A DNA stretch of 64,000 bases from Bacilli bacterium. GTDB lineage: Bacteria; Bacillota_I; Bacilli_A; RF39; UBA660. The stretch lies in contig JAFZKH010000009.1 in assembly GCA_017553685.1 (NCBI GenBank), positions 144,479-208,478 on the forward strand, given 5' to 3'. The notes under the pieces are model-generated. The model was not told the DNA's origin and did not search any database. It saw only the letters and a program-made list of their open reading frames with translations. Shown in pieces: positions 54,017-63,500 of this stretch (position 1 is the first letter of the stretch; each line of letters begins with the position of its first letter). The position numbers and the translations under genes are program-made.

Positions 54017-54585
54017 ATTATTAAAAATCCCTTATCTTTAGTAATTATTTCAAAATTATATATATCTTTATTATCATTCATCATAGATAAAGCACCTTGA
54101 TCTTTTCTCATAACTATCCAAAGTTCTCCATTACTAATTAAATGAGATGAGGCTCCTCTTATAATTTCATATACTTTTTCTTTTCCAGCATGTATTGGAG
54201 GATTACTAATTATACAATCATATTTAGATTCTATATTACTATAAGCATCAGATATAAATGCATTATCCACAAGATTATTCTTTTTTAATCCTTTATTTGT
54301 AAGGTCTACTGCTCTTTTATTAATATCACACATATCCACAGTAAAATCTTTATTTAGTTTTCTTAAATAGATACCTACTACACCAGCACCGCATCCAATA
54401 TCAAGAAAACTTGTTTTTCCTGTAATATCAAGGTTATTAAGAAGTAATCTAGTACCATAATCTAAACCACTCTTATTAAAAATACCATTATCAGTATAAA
54501 AATAATATTTAATATTCTTAACTTCTACTTCTTTAAGTGTGATATTACTCTTTACTTTTTCATCATTTTCAAAGTATTGGCTCAT
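53998..54585 (-). CDS. class I SAM-dependent methyltransferase, small-domain (RsmC/YbxB-like, NPPxH motif)
   Basis: Motif I 'LDIGCGAGVVGIYL', motif IV 'IISNPPIHAG'. It occupies the rplL-rpoB interval as ybxB does in Bacillus. Confidence 0.75.
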   Translation of the reverse strand: MSQYFENDEKVKSNITLKEVEVKNIKYYFYTDNGIFNKSGLDYGTRLLLNNLDITGKTSFLDIGCGAGVVGIYLRKLNKDFTVDMCDINKRAVDLTNKGLKKNNLVDNAFISDAYSNIESKYDCIISNPPIHAGKEKVYEIIRGASSHLISNGELWIVMRKDQGALSMMNDNKDIYNFEIITKDKGFLIIKARVI

Positions 54586-54776
54586 TGTTTTTTCACCTTT
54601 TTACTCTTTCCTGGTTTTAATGTTTTTGGTCCAAAGAAATATTGCGGATAATCTTTGACCACTTGATAATGAACTGCATTAAAAATAGCAGTTTTAATAG
54701 TTATTCTATTTTCAATTTTAGTTAATTTTTCCGATATTCTATCTAATTCTTTACTCATAGTATTCCTCTTTTTCAT
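54582..54776 (-). CDS. hypothetical small basic protein
   Basis: 64-aa ORF, 4-nt overlap with the downstream methyltransferase start. No domain recognised. Confidence 0.35.
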   Translation of the reverse strand: MKKRNTMSKELDRISEKLTKIENRITIKTAIFNAVHYQVVKDYPQYFFGPKTLKPGKSKKVKKQ

Positions 54777-54828
54777 ATATTCTATTATTTATATGATATA
54801 AAGTCAATTAAAAAAATATAGTATATAA

Positions 54829-55038
54829 CTATATTATTCTAATATTCTTTGGATATCTTCCACAATTATTTCTTGATTTCATTTTATAGCTTTTTGCTCT
54901 TCCAAGACTTACATATTGAGTTCTTTTACCTAATTCTAGACATTGTCTTCTAAGTGCTCTAGCTGCTGGGTTATATACTAATCCTGCATCTCCAAAATCA
55001 TATGCCATCTTTCTCATTTGTGCTTTTGTAAAAATCAT
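54829..55038 (-). CDS. hypothetical small basic protein
   Basis: 69-aa ORF rich in R/K/Y ('YVSLGRAKSYKMKSRNNCGRYPKN'). No confident homology. Confidence 0.35.
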   Translation of the reverse strand: MIFTKAQMRKMAYDFGDAGLVYNPAARALRRQCLELGKRTQYVSLGRAKSYKMKSRNNCGRYPKNIRII

Positions 55039-55095
55039 TTTATTTCTCCTTATCTAGTTGTTTTGAAGCTTATATTATGTGCCTCTAAATACATT

Positions 55096-55118
55096 ATAAC
55101 ACAAAAATAACCTAGATT
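55096..55118 (-). terminator. terminator-like hairpin after 533-aa gene (same core)
   Basis: 'aacctagattactctaagtt'. Confidence 0.45.
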
Positions 55119-56718
55119 ACTCTAAGTTATTTACTTTTTTCTTTCCTTTTAAATATAATGCAATTGCTCCAATTAATAATACTAATTCACCAATTAAAAT
55201 TACTAGAATAAAATTACTACTATTCTTTACTACCACTTTATTATTAGCATTATTAAATTGAATTTCTTCTCCACCTGTATAACTATTTATTTTAGTATAT
55301 AAACCATTAGTTTCTTCACCATCAATAGTACCTCCAGTATAAATCTTATATGACTTATATTTAAGATCTGAACTACTATAAAGTAAATTTCCTATATCTC
55401 TACTTGTTTTAAAGGCTGTTATTACTTTATCATTTTGATCTTTGATAACTATTAATGTATCTTTACTAATTTTATTAAAACTAGCAAATATAAAATCTTG
55501 TTTAGAATCGCTAGATATAGCATCAACCATATTACCTGTTGCTATAACAGTTCCTCCATTAATATATGTACCATTAACAGAGTCTAAACCAGCATCAGGA
55601 CTACTTGGATGAGCAAATGCATATATAATACCTCCGTTAATAATTAATTTACCATTAGAGTCTATTGCATCTCCTTCATCTGCATCCTCTGAAACTATAG
55701 CTAATAATGAGTTAACATCTATAGTTAAATCATTTCTAACAGTTTCTTTATTAGAATTAGCCGTAGTAGTATTTAAACAATCATCTTCTGCATATATTTC
55801 ATAATCACCAGTACCACCACTAAATATTAAATTACCTTTAGTTTCAATACCTTCTTTATTTTTACTAGTTACTTTTAAATAACCTTCACCTTCAAAATAT
55901 AAATCTATATCTGAACTAATAGCTCCGCTTCCTTTATAAAAATATAAAGGATCTCCATCTTGTAAATCTTCATTATCAGCTTCTACTGTAGCAAATAATA
56001 TATTCTTTATTTCATCACTAGTATATATTCCATAATAATTAGAATACTTATTATAATTAGTTAAACTATCATTAGAATAATAACTACTATATTTATCTAA
56101 TTCATCCGATCCAAGTAAACTAACTTTTTTTAATTTACCACCTTCAAGATAGTTTTTAGAATTTTTTCCTGTTTTTATAGTTACTTTATGATCAGTATAA
56201 TTCTTATCTTTATTATATATAAATATAGCAGGTGCTTTTTTAGAATCAGTATCAATATTAACATTCTTTAATATTATATTAATATCTCCATTTATATCAT
56301 TAGTATTAACACCAATCATTGCTCCTTTTATTTCACCAGTAAATTCTATATTACCCACAGTATTTATATTAATTACTTTTATTTCTAGTGTTTTAATTTT
56401 AGTATCATTAGAATCATTTTCTATAAAATCATCTAAATCAGGTGATTTAACAGTACTTACTCCATCATATAAGAAGTTGGTAATATATATTTCATCTAAT
56501 TTATTAGAGTTCTTGTCATTTAAGAAATCCTCTAAAGAATCATATTCTTTAATATAATTACTATCTTTATTATTATTTGTAGAATATATTAATTCATTTA
56601 AATTAACATAAGTTGTTTTAACAGATACACTTAAAGCATTAGCACTAGTTATAAAAGCAAATAGCATTATAAAAATAATACTTACATATTTTATTATCTT
56701 ACTCATATTACTCTCCAT
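55117..56718 (-). CDS. secreted beta-helix protein, Cthe_2159/carbohydrate-binding-domain-like, with C-terminal TM anchor
   Basis: Signal peptide. Repeated 'G.IDS.G.L.INGG.I.A' beta-helix-like motifs ('GDAIDSNGKLIINGGIIYAF', 'NGTYINGGTVIATG'). C-terminal 'FILVILIGELVLLIGAIALYLKGKKK'. Confidence 0.45.
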   Translation of the reverse strand: MESNMSKIIKYVSIIFIMLFAFITSANALSVSVKTTYVNLNELIYSTNNNKDSNYIKEYDSLEDFLNDKNSNKLDEIYITNFLYDGVSTVKSPDLDDFIENDSNDTKIKTLEIKVININTVGNIEFTGEIKGAMIGVNTNDINGDINIILKNVNIDTDSKKAPAIFIYNKDKNYTDHKVTIKTGKNSKNYLEGGKLKKVSLLGSDELDKYSSYYSNDSLTNYNKYSNYYGIYTSDEIKNILFATVEADNEDLQDGDPLYFYKGSGAISSDIDLYFEGEGYLKVTSKNKEGIETKGNLIFSGGTGDYEIYAEDDCLNTTTANSNKETVRNDLTIDVNSLLAIVSEDADEGDAIDSNGKLIINGGIIYAFAHPSSPDAGLDSVNGTYINGGTVIATGNMVDAISSDSKQDFIFASFNKISKDTLIVIKDQNDKVITAFKTSRDIGNLLYSSSDLKYKSYKIYTGGTIDGEETNGLYTKINSYTGGEEIQFNNANNKVVVKNSSNFILVILIGELVLLIGAIALYLKGKKKVNNLE

Positions 56719-56960
56719 TAATTCATATTAGTTGCAGGTTCATTTGATGGTTTTTCTGGTGGTTGATTATTATTTTGATTATTATTACTATTTTGATTAT
56801 TATTATCACTAGGCATACTAGGTGGAGTTCCACCAGGCATTTGCATTTGATTATTATTTGTTGTTTTATTACTAGCTATACTATATACATAGAAGGCCCC
56901 AGTAGATATAACAGAACCAAGTAATAAACCTATTATAAATATTAAGAACTTTTCTTTCAT
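56718..56960 (-). CDS. small membrane/secreted N,Q,P-rich protein
   Basis: 80-aa ORF with N-terminal TM and a low-complexity 'NNNQMQMPGGTPPSMPSDNNNQNSNNNQNNNQPP' tail. Its stop overlaps the start of the 533-aa gene. Confidence 0.45.
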   Translation of the reverse strand: MKEKFLIFIIGLLLGSVISTGAFYVYSIASNKTTNNNQMQMPGGTPPSMPSDNNNQNSNNNQNNNQPPEKPSNEPATNMN

Positions 56961-57101
56961 AATATCTCTCCTTTCTTAGTATTATATTAATTTTATTATA
57001 CTCTGTTTTCCTCCTTCTGTAATCATAATAAAATATCTTTCTTAAATAACACTTAAATAATTATTAAAAATTATTAAATAAAAAAAGACTATTTCTAAAT
57101 A

Positions 57102-57881
57102 CTAATTAAAATAGTCTCCAACATTAATTCTTTTATCAAAATATACAGACACACCATAAATATTACCGCCACGATCTACAATATTAAAATATGATGTTTT
57201 ACCAAAAGTAGTTTCAATATAATTTTTTATCTTTCTTTCATACTCTTCTTTTTTACCATCTTCTATAATTGTATAAAAATACATATCATCAACTAAGTAA
57301 TACTTATTTGTTGAGCCTAATTCTTCTAAAGTAGGTATTTTACCTTCATTATCAGGTAGATCAAGTATCATGGACATAGTTAGATTATAAGTATTCGGAT
57401 CTATTTCCTCTTTTATTTTTTTTGAAAAAAGAGAAATTATTTCTTCCTTTGGTATGATATTTTTTTCTTTTTCAAAATCTGCTATACCTAATTCATCCTT
57501 AAAATAAATATCCTCTATTAAAAAATCAGATCCTATTTTCATTTTATCTGAATATAATCCATTGGTAGTTAAAAAACTTTTATATTTTTTACCAGAATAA
57601 TCAAATTTAAAATCTACATAGTATCCAATTGGATTACTATAATCAAATAGTGTATCCATATCATAATCATAATAAATTTTATATACTTTATAATTATGAT
57701 CACCATACTTTTTATTTAAATAATTAATTGCATATTCAGTTACTCCCTTTTTTTCTTTATAAGACACAAAAGGGCCATTTAATATTCTATATACTAATAG
57801 GCCTAATAATAAAAGAGTTAACAGGATAGATGCAACAACAGATATTGTAATTATCAACGCTTTCTTCTTCACAAATACCAC
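57102..57881 (-). CDS. hypothetical N-terminally anchored membrane protein
   Basis: 259-aa ORF with TM 'ALIITISVVASILLTLLLLGLLVY'. No recognisable domain. Sits immediately downstream of rplL. Confidence 0.45.
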   Translation of the reverse strand: MVFVKKKALIITISVVASILLTLLLLGLLVYRILNGPFVSYKEKKGVTEYAINYLNKKYGDHNYKVYKIYYDYDMDTLFDYSNPIGYYVDFKFDYSGKKYKSFLTTNGLYSDKMKIGSDFLIEDIYFKDELGIADFEKEKNIIPKEEIISLFSKKIKEEIDPNTYNLTMSMILDLPDNEGKIPTLEELGSTNKYYLVDDMYFYTIIEDGKKEEYERKIKNYIETTFGKTSYFNIVDRGGNIYGVSVYFDKRINVGDYFN

Positions 57882-57940
57882 TTCCTAGTATAATTATATC
57901 AATTAAATAAAAATAAAAAAAGACTTTTTCAAGTCTTTAA

Positions 57941-58312
57941 TTATGCTATTTCTACTGTAGCTCCAGCTTCTTCTAATTTTGCTTTAATATCGTTTGCTTC
58001 GTCTTTAGAAATATTTTCTTTAATAGCTCCGCCATTATCAGCTATAGCTTTTGATTCCATTAATCCAAGCCCAGTAATATCTCTAATTACTTTAATAACT
58101 TGAACTTTAGTAGCTCCAGCTTCTTTTAATGTAACTGTAACAGTTGCATTATCATCAGCAGCTTCTCCAGCAGCAACTGGACCAGCAGCTACTGCAACAG
58201 CAGTAGGATCAATTCCATATTCTTCTTTCATAGCGTCTACTAATTCTTTAATTTCTAATAAACTCATTTCGTTTAATGAAGCAATAAAATCTTTTGCGTT
58301 TAATTTAGCCAT
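57941..58312 (-). CDS. rplL: 50S ribosomal protein L7/L12
   Basis: 'MAKLNAKDFIASL...', Ala/Gly-rich hinge, conserved C-terminal domain. Confidence 0.97.
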   Translation of the reverse strand: MAKLNAKDFIASLNEMSLLEIKELVDAMKEEYGIDPTAVAVAAGPVAAGEAADDNATVTVTLKEAGATKVQVIKVIRDITGLGLMESKAIADNGGAIKENISKDEANDIKAKLEEAGATVEIA

Positions 58313-58330
58313 TTTCTTTCCTCCTAATTC

Positions 58331-58825
58331 CTATTCGTTTTCTTTCTTTTCGCTAAGTAAATTTAAAGCGATAGATAAATCTTTGACTGTACCAATTAGT
58401 CCAGATGCAAGCATAGTAAGTAATCCTTCTCTTGATGGTAATGTAGCTAATTGTTTGATTTCCTCTAAAGTAGCAACTTTTCCATCAACAAGTCCTCCCT
58501 TAATTTCAAGTGCTGGATGTTCTTTTTTGAACTCACTTAAAACTTTAATTGGAGCAACTGAATCATTTGAATATGCCATAGCACTAGGGCCTTCTAAGCA
58601 CGAATCAAGATTAATGTCTAGACTATCCACAGCTCTTTTTGTTAAAGTGTTCTTCCATACTTTGTAAGTAGCATTGTTTTCACGAAGTTTCTTACGAAGT
58701 AAAGTAGTTTCTTCAGCAGTTAAACCACGGTAATCAAACAAGATAAATGAAGCATTATTCTTAACAACATCAGTAATTTCATTAATAACTTCTTGTTTTG
58801 CTTCAAGTATTTTTGAATTTGCCAT
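58331..58825 (-). CDS. rplJ: 50S ribosomal protein L10
   Basis: L10 homology. Position upstream of rplL. Confidence 0.95.
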   Translation of the reverse strand: MANSKILEAKQEVINEITDVVKNNASFILFDYRGLTAEETTLLRKKLRENNATYKVWKNTLTKRAVDSLDINLDSCLEGPSAMAYSNDSVAPIKVLSEFKKEHPALEIKGGLVDGKVATLEEIKQLATLPSREGLLTMLASGLIGTVKDLSIALNLLSEKKENE

Positions 58826-58986
58826 TTTACTCCTCCTTGCAATTTATATTAAAAAAGTCTTTGTACAAAGGACAAAGACTATTATATTTACATATAAAGA
58901 ATTTATCCTCGGTAAGATATTAAGTATTTCTACACTTACTGTCTTCGGCACTCAAACTTTTTTAAACAATATTTATTATATACAAA
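58826..58986 (-). promoter_or_regulatory. probable L10(rplJ) leader / autoregulatory 5'UTR
   Basis: 160-nt untranslated gap between rplA and rplJ containing paired segments ('gtctttgtacaaaggacaaagac'; 'gtgccgaagacagtaagtgtag'). Position matches the L10 leader of Firmicutes. Confidence 0.4.
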
Positions 58987-59691
58987 CTAGTTAAGTTTGT
59001 CAAATGAACCAAGATCAATCTTGATACCAGGTCCCATAGTTGATGATATAGATATATTCTTAACGAATGCACCTTTAACTGTTTGTGGTTTAGATTTAAC
59101 AATAACAGTTACTATAGCAACTAAGTTTTCTAGTAATTTATCATTATCAAATGATACTTTACCAATAACAGCATGAATATTACCATAACTATCAGTTCTA
59201 TATTCAATACGTCCTTTTTTAACGTCTTCTACTGCTTTTTTGATATCAGTTGTAACTGTACCAGTTTTTGGATTTGGCATTAAACCTCTTGGTCCTAATA
59301 CCTTTCCTAATTTTCCTAAAGCTGGCATCATTTCTGGAGATGCAATAATTACATCATAATCTAACCAGTTTTCTTTCTCAATCTTAGCTACTAGGTCATC
59401 ATCACCTATAAATTCTGCACCTGCTTCTTTAGCAGCATCTTTTAATGCAGAATTCTTAGTTAATACTAATACTTTTTTAGCTTTACCAGTTCCATTTGGT
59501 AGAACGATAGCTCCTCTTAATTGTTGATCAGTTTTCTTAGTATCTAAATTTAAGTTAAATGCTATTTCAACTGAAGCATCAAATTTAGAAGTACTAGTCT
59601 TTTTAACTAAATCTACAGCTTCTTCTTTAGTATATAATTTACTTTTATCTACTAATTCTAAAGCTTTAATATATTTTTTACCTTTCTTCAT
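58987..59691 (-). CDS. rplA: 50S ribosomal protein L1
   Basis: Full-length L1 homology. Confidence 0.97.
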   Translation of the reverse strand: MKKGKKYIKALELVDKSKLYTKEEAVDLVKKTSTSKFDASVEIAFNLNLDTKKTDQQLRGAIVLPNGTGKAKKVLVLTKNSALKDAAKEAGAEFIGDDDLVAKIEKENWLDYDVIIASPEMMPALGKLGKVLGPRGLMPNPKTGTVTTDIKKAVEDVKKGRIEYRTDSYGNIHAVIGKVSFDNDKLLENLVAIVTVIVKSKPQTVKGAFVKNISISSTMGPGIKIDLGSFDKLN

Positions 59692-59745
59692 ATTTTCCTC
59701 CTTGTGGTTTTAACGGATTTTCCTCCCACATAGCACTGCTATATG

Positions 59746-60171
59746 TTAATCCTTTATTTCGATACCCATATTTTTAGCGGTACCTTCAATAATTCTCATA
59801 GCGCCTTCAATATCATTTGCATTTAAATCAGGCATCTTAGTTTCTGCTATTTGACGTAATTGATCTCTAGTTATAGATCCAGCTATTGATTTAGATCCTG
59901 TAGCTGAAGCTTTACTAACTCCTGCTGCTTTCTTAATTAAGAATGCTGCTGGTGGAGTCTTAACTTTAAAATCAAATGATCTGTCATCATAAACATATAC
60001 TTCTACTGGTAATATATCACCCATTTTATCTTTAGTTGCATCATTAAATCTGTTAATAAAATCAGGTAATGCAATACCGGCAGGTCCTAATGCAGTTCCA
60101 ACTGGTGGAGCAGCTGTAGCCTTTCCAGCAGGAATTTGAAGTTTGATTTTATTTATCATTTCCTTTGCCAC
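59746..60171 (-). CDS. rplK: 50S ribosomal protein L11
   Basis: 'KIKLQIPAGKATAAPPVGTALG' L11 signature. Probable GTG start. Confidence 0.96.
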   Translation of the reverse strand: MAKEMINKIKLQIPAGKATAAPPVGTALGPAGIALPDFINRFNDATKDKMGDILPVEVYVYDDRSFDFKVKTPPAAFLIKKAAGVSKASATGSKSIAGSITRDQLRQIAETKMPDLNANDIEGAMRIIEGTAKNMGIEIKD

Positions 60172-60298
60172 GAAAAACACCTCCTATAATATTTTCGTGA
60201 GTGGTACAAGTGACTATTATGCCTCCCACTTAAAAATCTATATAATAAATTTATATAGCAAAACTTATTTTAGCATCTTATTTATTAAAATGCAATAA

Positions 60299-60841
60299 CT
60301 ATTTATCAAGTTCTACATCAGTTAGACTAACTTCTACTGTAGTTTCTTGACCAAATAAATCGATTGATACAATCGCTTTACTATTTTCTTTATCTATTTC
60401 TAGAACTTTACCAAGCATTAACTTGAATGGTCCATCAGTAATCTTAACTTTGTCTCCTTCGTTTAGATCTACTGTAACCTTCTTATCAGATATACCCATA
60501 ATCTTGAAAATATTATCAATATCTGATTTCTTTAATGGGAATGGTTTAGCTCCTTTTCCTGATGAACCAAGGAATCCTGTAACACCTGGAGTGTTTCTAA
60601 CAACATACCATGCTTCATCTGTCATAATCATTTCTACTAAAACATATCCTGGGAATAATTTCTTAACTTTTTCTTTCTTTTTACCGTCTTTGATTTCAGT
60701 TTCTGTTACTTCAGGAACTATAACTCTAAATATGTAATCTTGCATATTCATTGATTGAATACGCATATCTAATTTTTCTGCTACTTTAGATTCATGTCCT
60801 GAATATGTATTAACTACATACCATTGCTTTTCTTCTTCCAT
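60299..60841 (-). CDS. nusG: transcription termination/antitermination factor NusG
   Basis: NGN domain 'WYVVNTYSGHE' and KOW 'GDKVKITDGPFKLMLGKV'. Likely start at 'MEEEKQWY'. Confidence 0.95.
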   Translation of the reverse strand: MEEEKQWYVVNTYSGHESKVAEKLDMRIQSMNMQDYIFRVIVPEVTETEIKDGKKKEKVKKLFPGYVLVEMIMTDEAWYVVRNTPGVTGFLGSSGKGAKPFPLKKSDIDNIFKIMGISDKKVTVDLNEGDKVKITDGPFKLMLGKVLEIDKENSKAIVSIDLFGQETTVEVSLTDVELDK

Positions 60842-60842
60842 A

Positions 60843-61055
60843 TTAGAACCATCCTTTAATAGCATTAATTATAGAACTAAAATCAATTTCTTTACATAAG
60901 CTAACTAATAATTGAATTCCCATAAAGAATAATGCAAAGAATATAACTGTTACTAATGTAACTATAACATTGTTAACTAAGTCTTTTCCTTTACTCCATC
61001 TAATTCTTTTTGCCTCTGTTTTTAAATCTAAAAACAAATCTTTTACTTTAGACAT
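60843..61055 (-). CDS. secE: preprotein translocase subunit SecE
   Basis: About 60-aa single-TM protein 'EAKRIRWSKGKDLVNNVIVTLVTVIFFALFF'. Immediately upstream of nusG. Confidence 0.85.
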   Translation of the reverse strand: MSKVKDLFLDLKTEAKRIRWSKGKDLVNNVIVTLVTVIFFALFFMGIQLLVSLCKEIDFSSIINAIKGWF

Positions 61056-61483
61056 ATTTTCACCTTACTTTTCCAAAATAAAAAACACATCCGTGTTTCT
61101 TACATATAAAATATCATAAAAACCTTTATAAGTCAACGAATTTTTATAATATTTTAAAGATTTTTACAGGTATATAAAATAAAAACTTTGAGTCTTTAAA
61201 ATACAAAGTTTTTATTTATATATAAGGAGTAAATGATATATTTATAAATTTGCCACCAATAGTGGCAAAATTTAATAATATAAGGGATTTCATGTATTTA
61301 ATAGCATATATAATATATAGAGAAAATAATATATATTATATTTACTTAAAATACAATATTTGATATAATTTTCTTGAAGAGAGATTATTCTCTATTTTGG
61401 TCTGTTGAACACATTCTTCGGATCAAACCCGTGTTGGCGCCAAGCGCCGCTTAAGAAAGCACCCTAAGGGTGCTTTTTTAATA

Positions 61484-62188
61484 CTAAAATCTCTTTTTAT
61501 TTAATTCTTTTATTATTTTTCTGATTTCCTCATTAGTAAAAAAATACTTTTCACTTTTAGAAAAACTCATACTGTTTTTATACTTATAATCATACTTATC
61601 TATGTATGTAAGCATATCTGACACCTGAAATAATCTTTTTTCTACATGATTAAAATCTATTCTATGCTCATAATTATCAAATCTTGAGAACAAAGCATCA
61701 AGTATTGTTCCAAGAATCTCTTGACCATTATCATAATATAAAACAATATAATCATATCTTCTAAAGAATAATTCTTGTTCCTTAATCATACTATCTATTT
61801 CCTTAGTTATATTTCCTTTAAGAACTCTAGTATTATCTGTATACCTTTTATCTATAATAATGGTTCTATATTTAACAAGTATTCTTCTTGAAAATTGGTA
61901 TATAGAGTTAAATATACTTTTTCTAGTTTCAATTGACATTTTGGAATATTCATTTCTTCTCATAATTAGATCAGCCATATGAATCATTTTAGAATATCCA
62001 ATCCTTTTTAATCTATTATTCAATTTATCTAATTCAGAGCCAATATCATCATCTTGGTCATGAAATGTAAATGATATTCCATATAATTCAGAAGAACCTA
62101 AACCAAAACCAAATTCACCAGTTTCATCTACAAATATATTTAGTCTCTTAATGGAATACCACCTCCTAAATATATTTATTTGATACAT
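61484..62188 (-). CDS. DUF3800-like protein (hypothetical)
   Basis: 'LNIFVDETGEF' N-terminal motif resembling DUF3800 ('IY.DESG'). Otherwise no match. Confidence 0.4.
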   Translation of the reverse strand: MYQINIFRRWYSIKRLNIFVDETGEFGFGLGSSELYGISFTFHDQDDDIGSELDKLNNRLKRIGYSKMIHMADLIMRRNEYSKMSIETRKSIFNSIYQFSRRILVKYRTIIIDKRYTDNTRVLKGNITKEIDSMIKEQELFFRRYDYIVLYYDNGQEILGTILDALFSRFDNYEHRIDFNHVEKRLFQVSDMLTYIDKYDYKYKNSMSFSKSEKYFFTNEEIRKIIKELNKKRF

Positions 62189-62555
62189 TTAGAAGAATTC
62201 CACTATTTATTAATAAAAACGTCCGATATAATCGGACGTTTCTTTATTTTTCTTTTTTAAATTGCGAAATAGACATAGCTACTAAACCAATACCAAGTAA
62301 TAATGCAGTAGTGTCATTATCAATCTTATTTAATATTCTTAGAGTAACTACAGCTACTCCCATAGCTAATGCTACACATCTAAATATAAGGTTAATAGTT
62401 TTATTCATATAGACCTCCTTTAATTCTTTAAAACAATATCACATATTTGATTATATCTATCTTTAAATGTTTCTTTAGTTCTATCACTTAAATCATTATA
62501 GTCTTTTTCAAATACATTTTTCATTCATTCTATATATCTTAATCTTACGATTATT

Positions 62556-62942
62556 TTAATTATCAAAGCCTTTTTTATCAATAAATAATAGATATATTAA
62601 ACTTATAATTACTCCTAAAATTCCATAAACTGCATCTATTAAATCTATTGTATTTATAAATGGAAGTATTGTTTCATAAATAAGATTCGTACTTATTAGT
62701 ATTAATCCAATTATTATAATAGTTGAGTATTTCTTTCTATAACATAATAATAAATATCCGATTAAAGTACACAACATTAAACTTATAGTAAAATTAGTTA
62801 TATGTGAATTAATTTCCTTTGTTATTACAAAAACATTTTCATTAAATATATTAATCCACCTTATAATTCCCAATATGAAACACACTGTAAATACCATTAC
62901 TAAAGTTATAGTTGTAATATTTTTACTCTTTCTAATATCCAT
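62556..62942 (-). CDS. hypothetical 4-TM membrane protein
   Basis: 128-aa ORF that is hydrophobic throughout. Confidence 0.45.
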   Translation of the reverse strand: MDIRKSKNITTITLVMVFTVCFILGIIRWINIFNENVFVITKEINSHITNFTISLMLCTLIGYLLLCYRKKYSTIIIIGLILISTNLIYETILPFINTIDLIDAVYGILGVIISLIYLLFIDKKGFDN

Positions 62943-63001
62943 AAAATCCTCATTTCAAACCTTTACAGGTATCTAATACTATATCTCTTAAGGAGTAATA
63001 G

Positions 63002-63490
63002 TTACTCACTAATATGCCAATTATTATTTAAATATTTATCCGTTTTTTCTAACCTATGAATTTCATCTAATATTTCTTTAATATCTAAATCATCAAATGG
63101 TATAAAGTTATCATAGTATCCAGTATCAGGATTAGGAAACTTAATAGATTCTCCCCACGGATTTCTTTTTGAGTCCTTAGTTCTACCATATAAATGAATA
63201 TGAAAATGAGGTTTATTGTTCTTTAGAAAAGCCCAATTACCATTATCTTGATAATTAATTCTATCTATATTTAATCCTCTTTTTTTCATACCATTTATCA
63301 TAGCTTCACTAACAAGCATAGTTAATCTCATTACTTCGATAGCTTCATTAACAGGTAATTCTAGTCTACTTTCATATTCATTGTATAATGGTTTTATTCT
63401 TATATGTCCACCATCTTCTCTAGATACATGTGGGTTATTAGGAACACATACTTTAAAGTTTTCAGTAGTATATATTATTTTCTCGTTCAT
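63002..63490 (-). CDS. HIT-family (histidine triad) hydrolase
   Basis: 'KPHFHIHLYGR' H.H.H.. motif near the C-terminus. Confidence 0.75.
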   Translation of the reverse strand: MNEKIIYTTENFKVCVPNNPHVSREDGGHIRIKPLYNEYESRLELPVNEAIEVMRLTMLVSEAMINGMKKRGLNIDRINYQDNGNWAFLKNNKPHFHIHLYGRTKDSKRNPWGESIKFPNPDTGYYDNFIPFDDLDIKEILDEIHRLEKTDKYLNNNWHISE

Positions 63491-63500
63491 TATTTATCAC

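Noticed and set aside
62240-62410. About 55-aa minus-strand ORF ('MNKTINLIFRCVALAMGVAVVTLRILNKIDNDTTALLLGIGLVAMSISQFKKEK'), a possible small membrane protein between the DUF3800-like gene and the 128-aa membrane protein.
   Set aside because: It falls below the ORF-track length threshold and has no homology or RBS I can assert. It is plausible but unsupported, so it is not listed as a feature.
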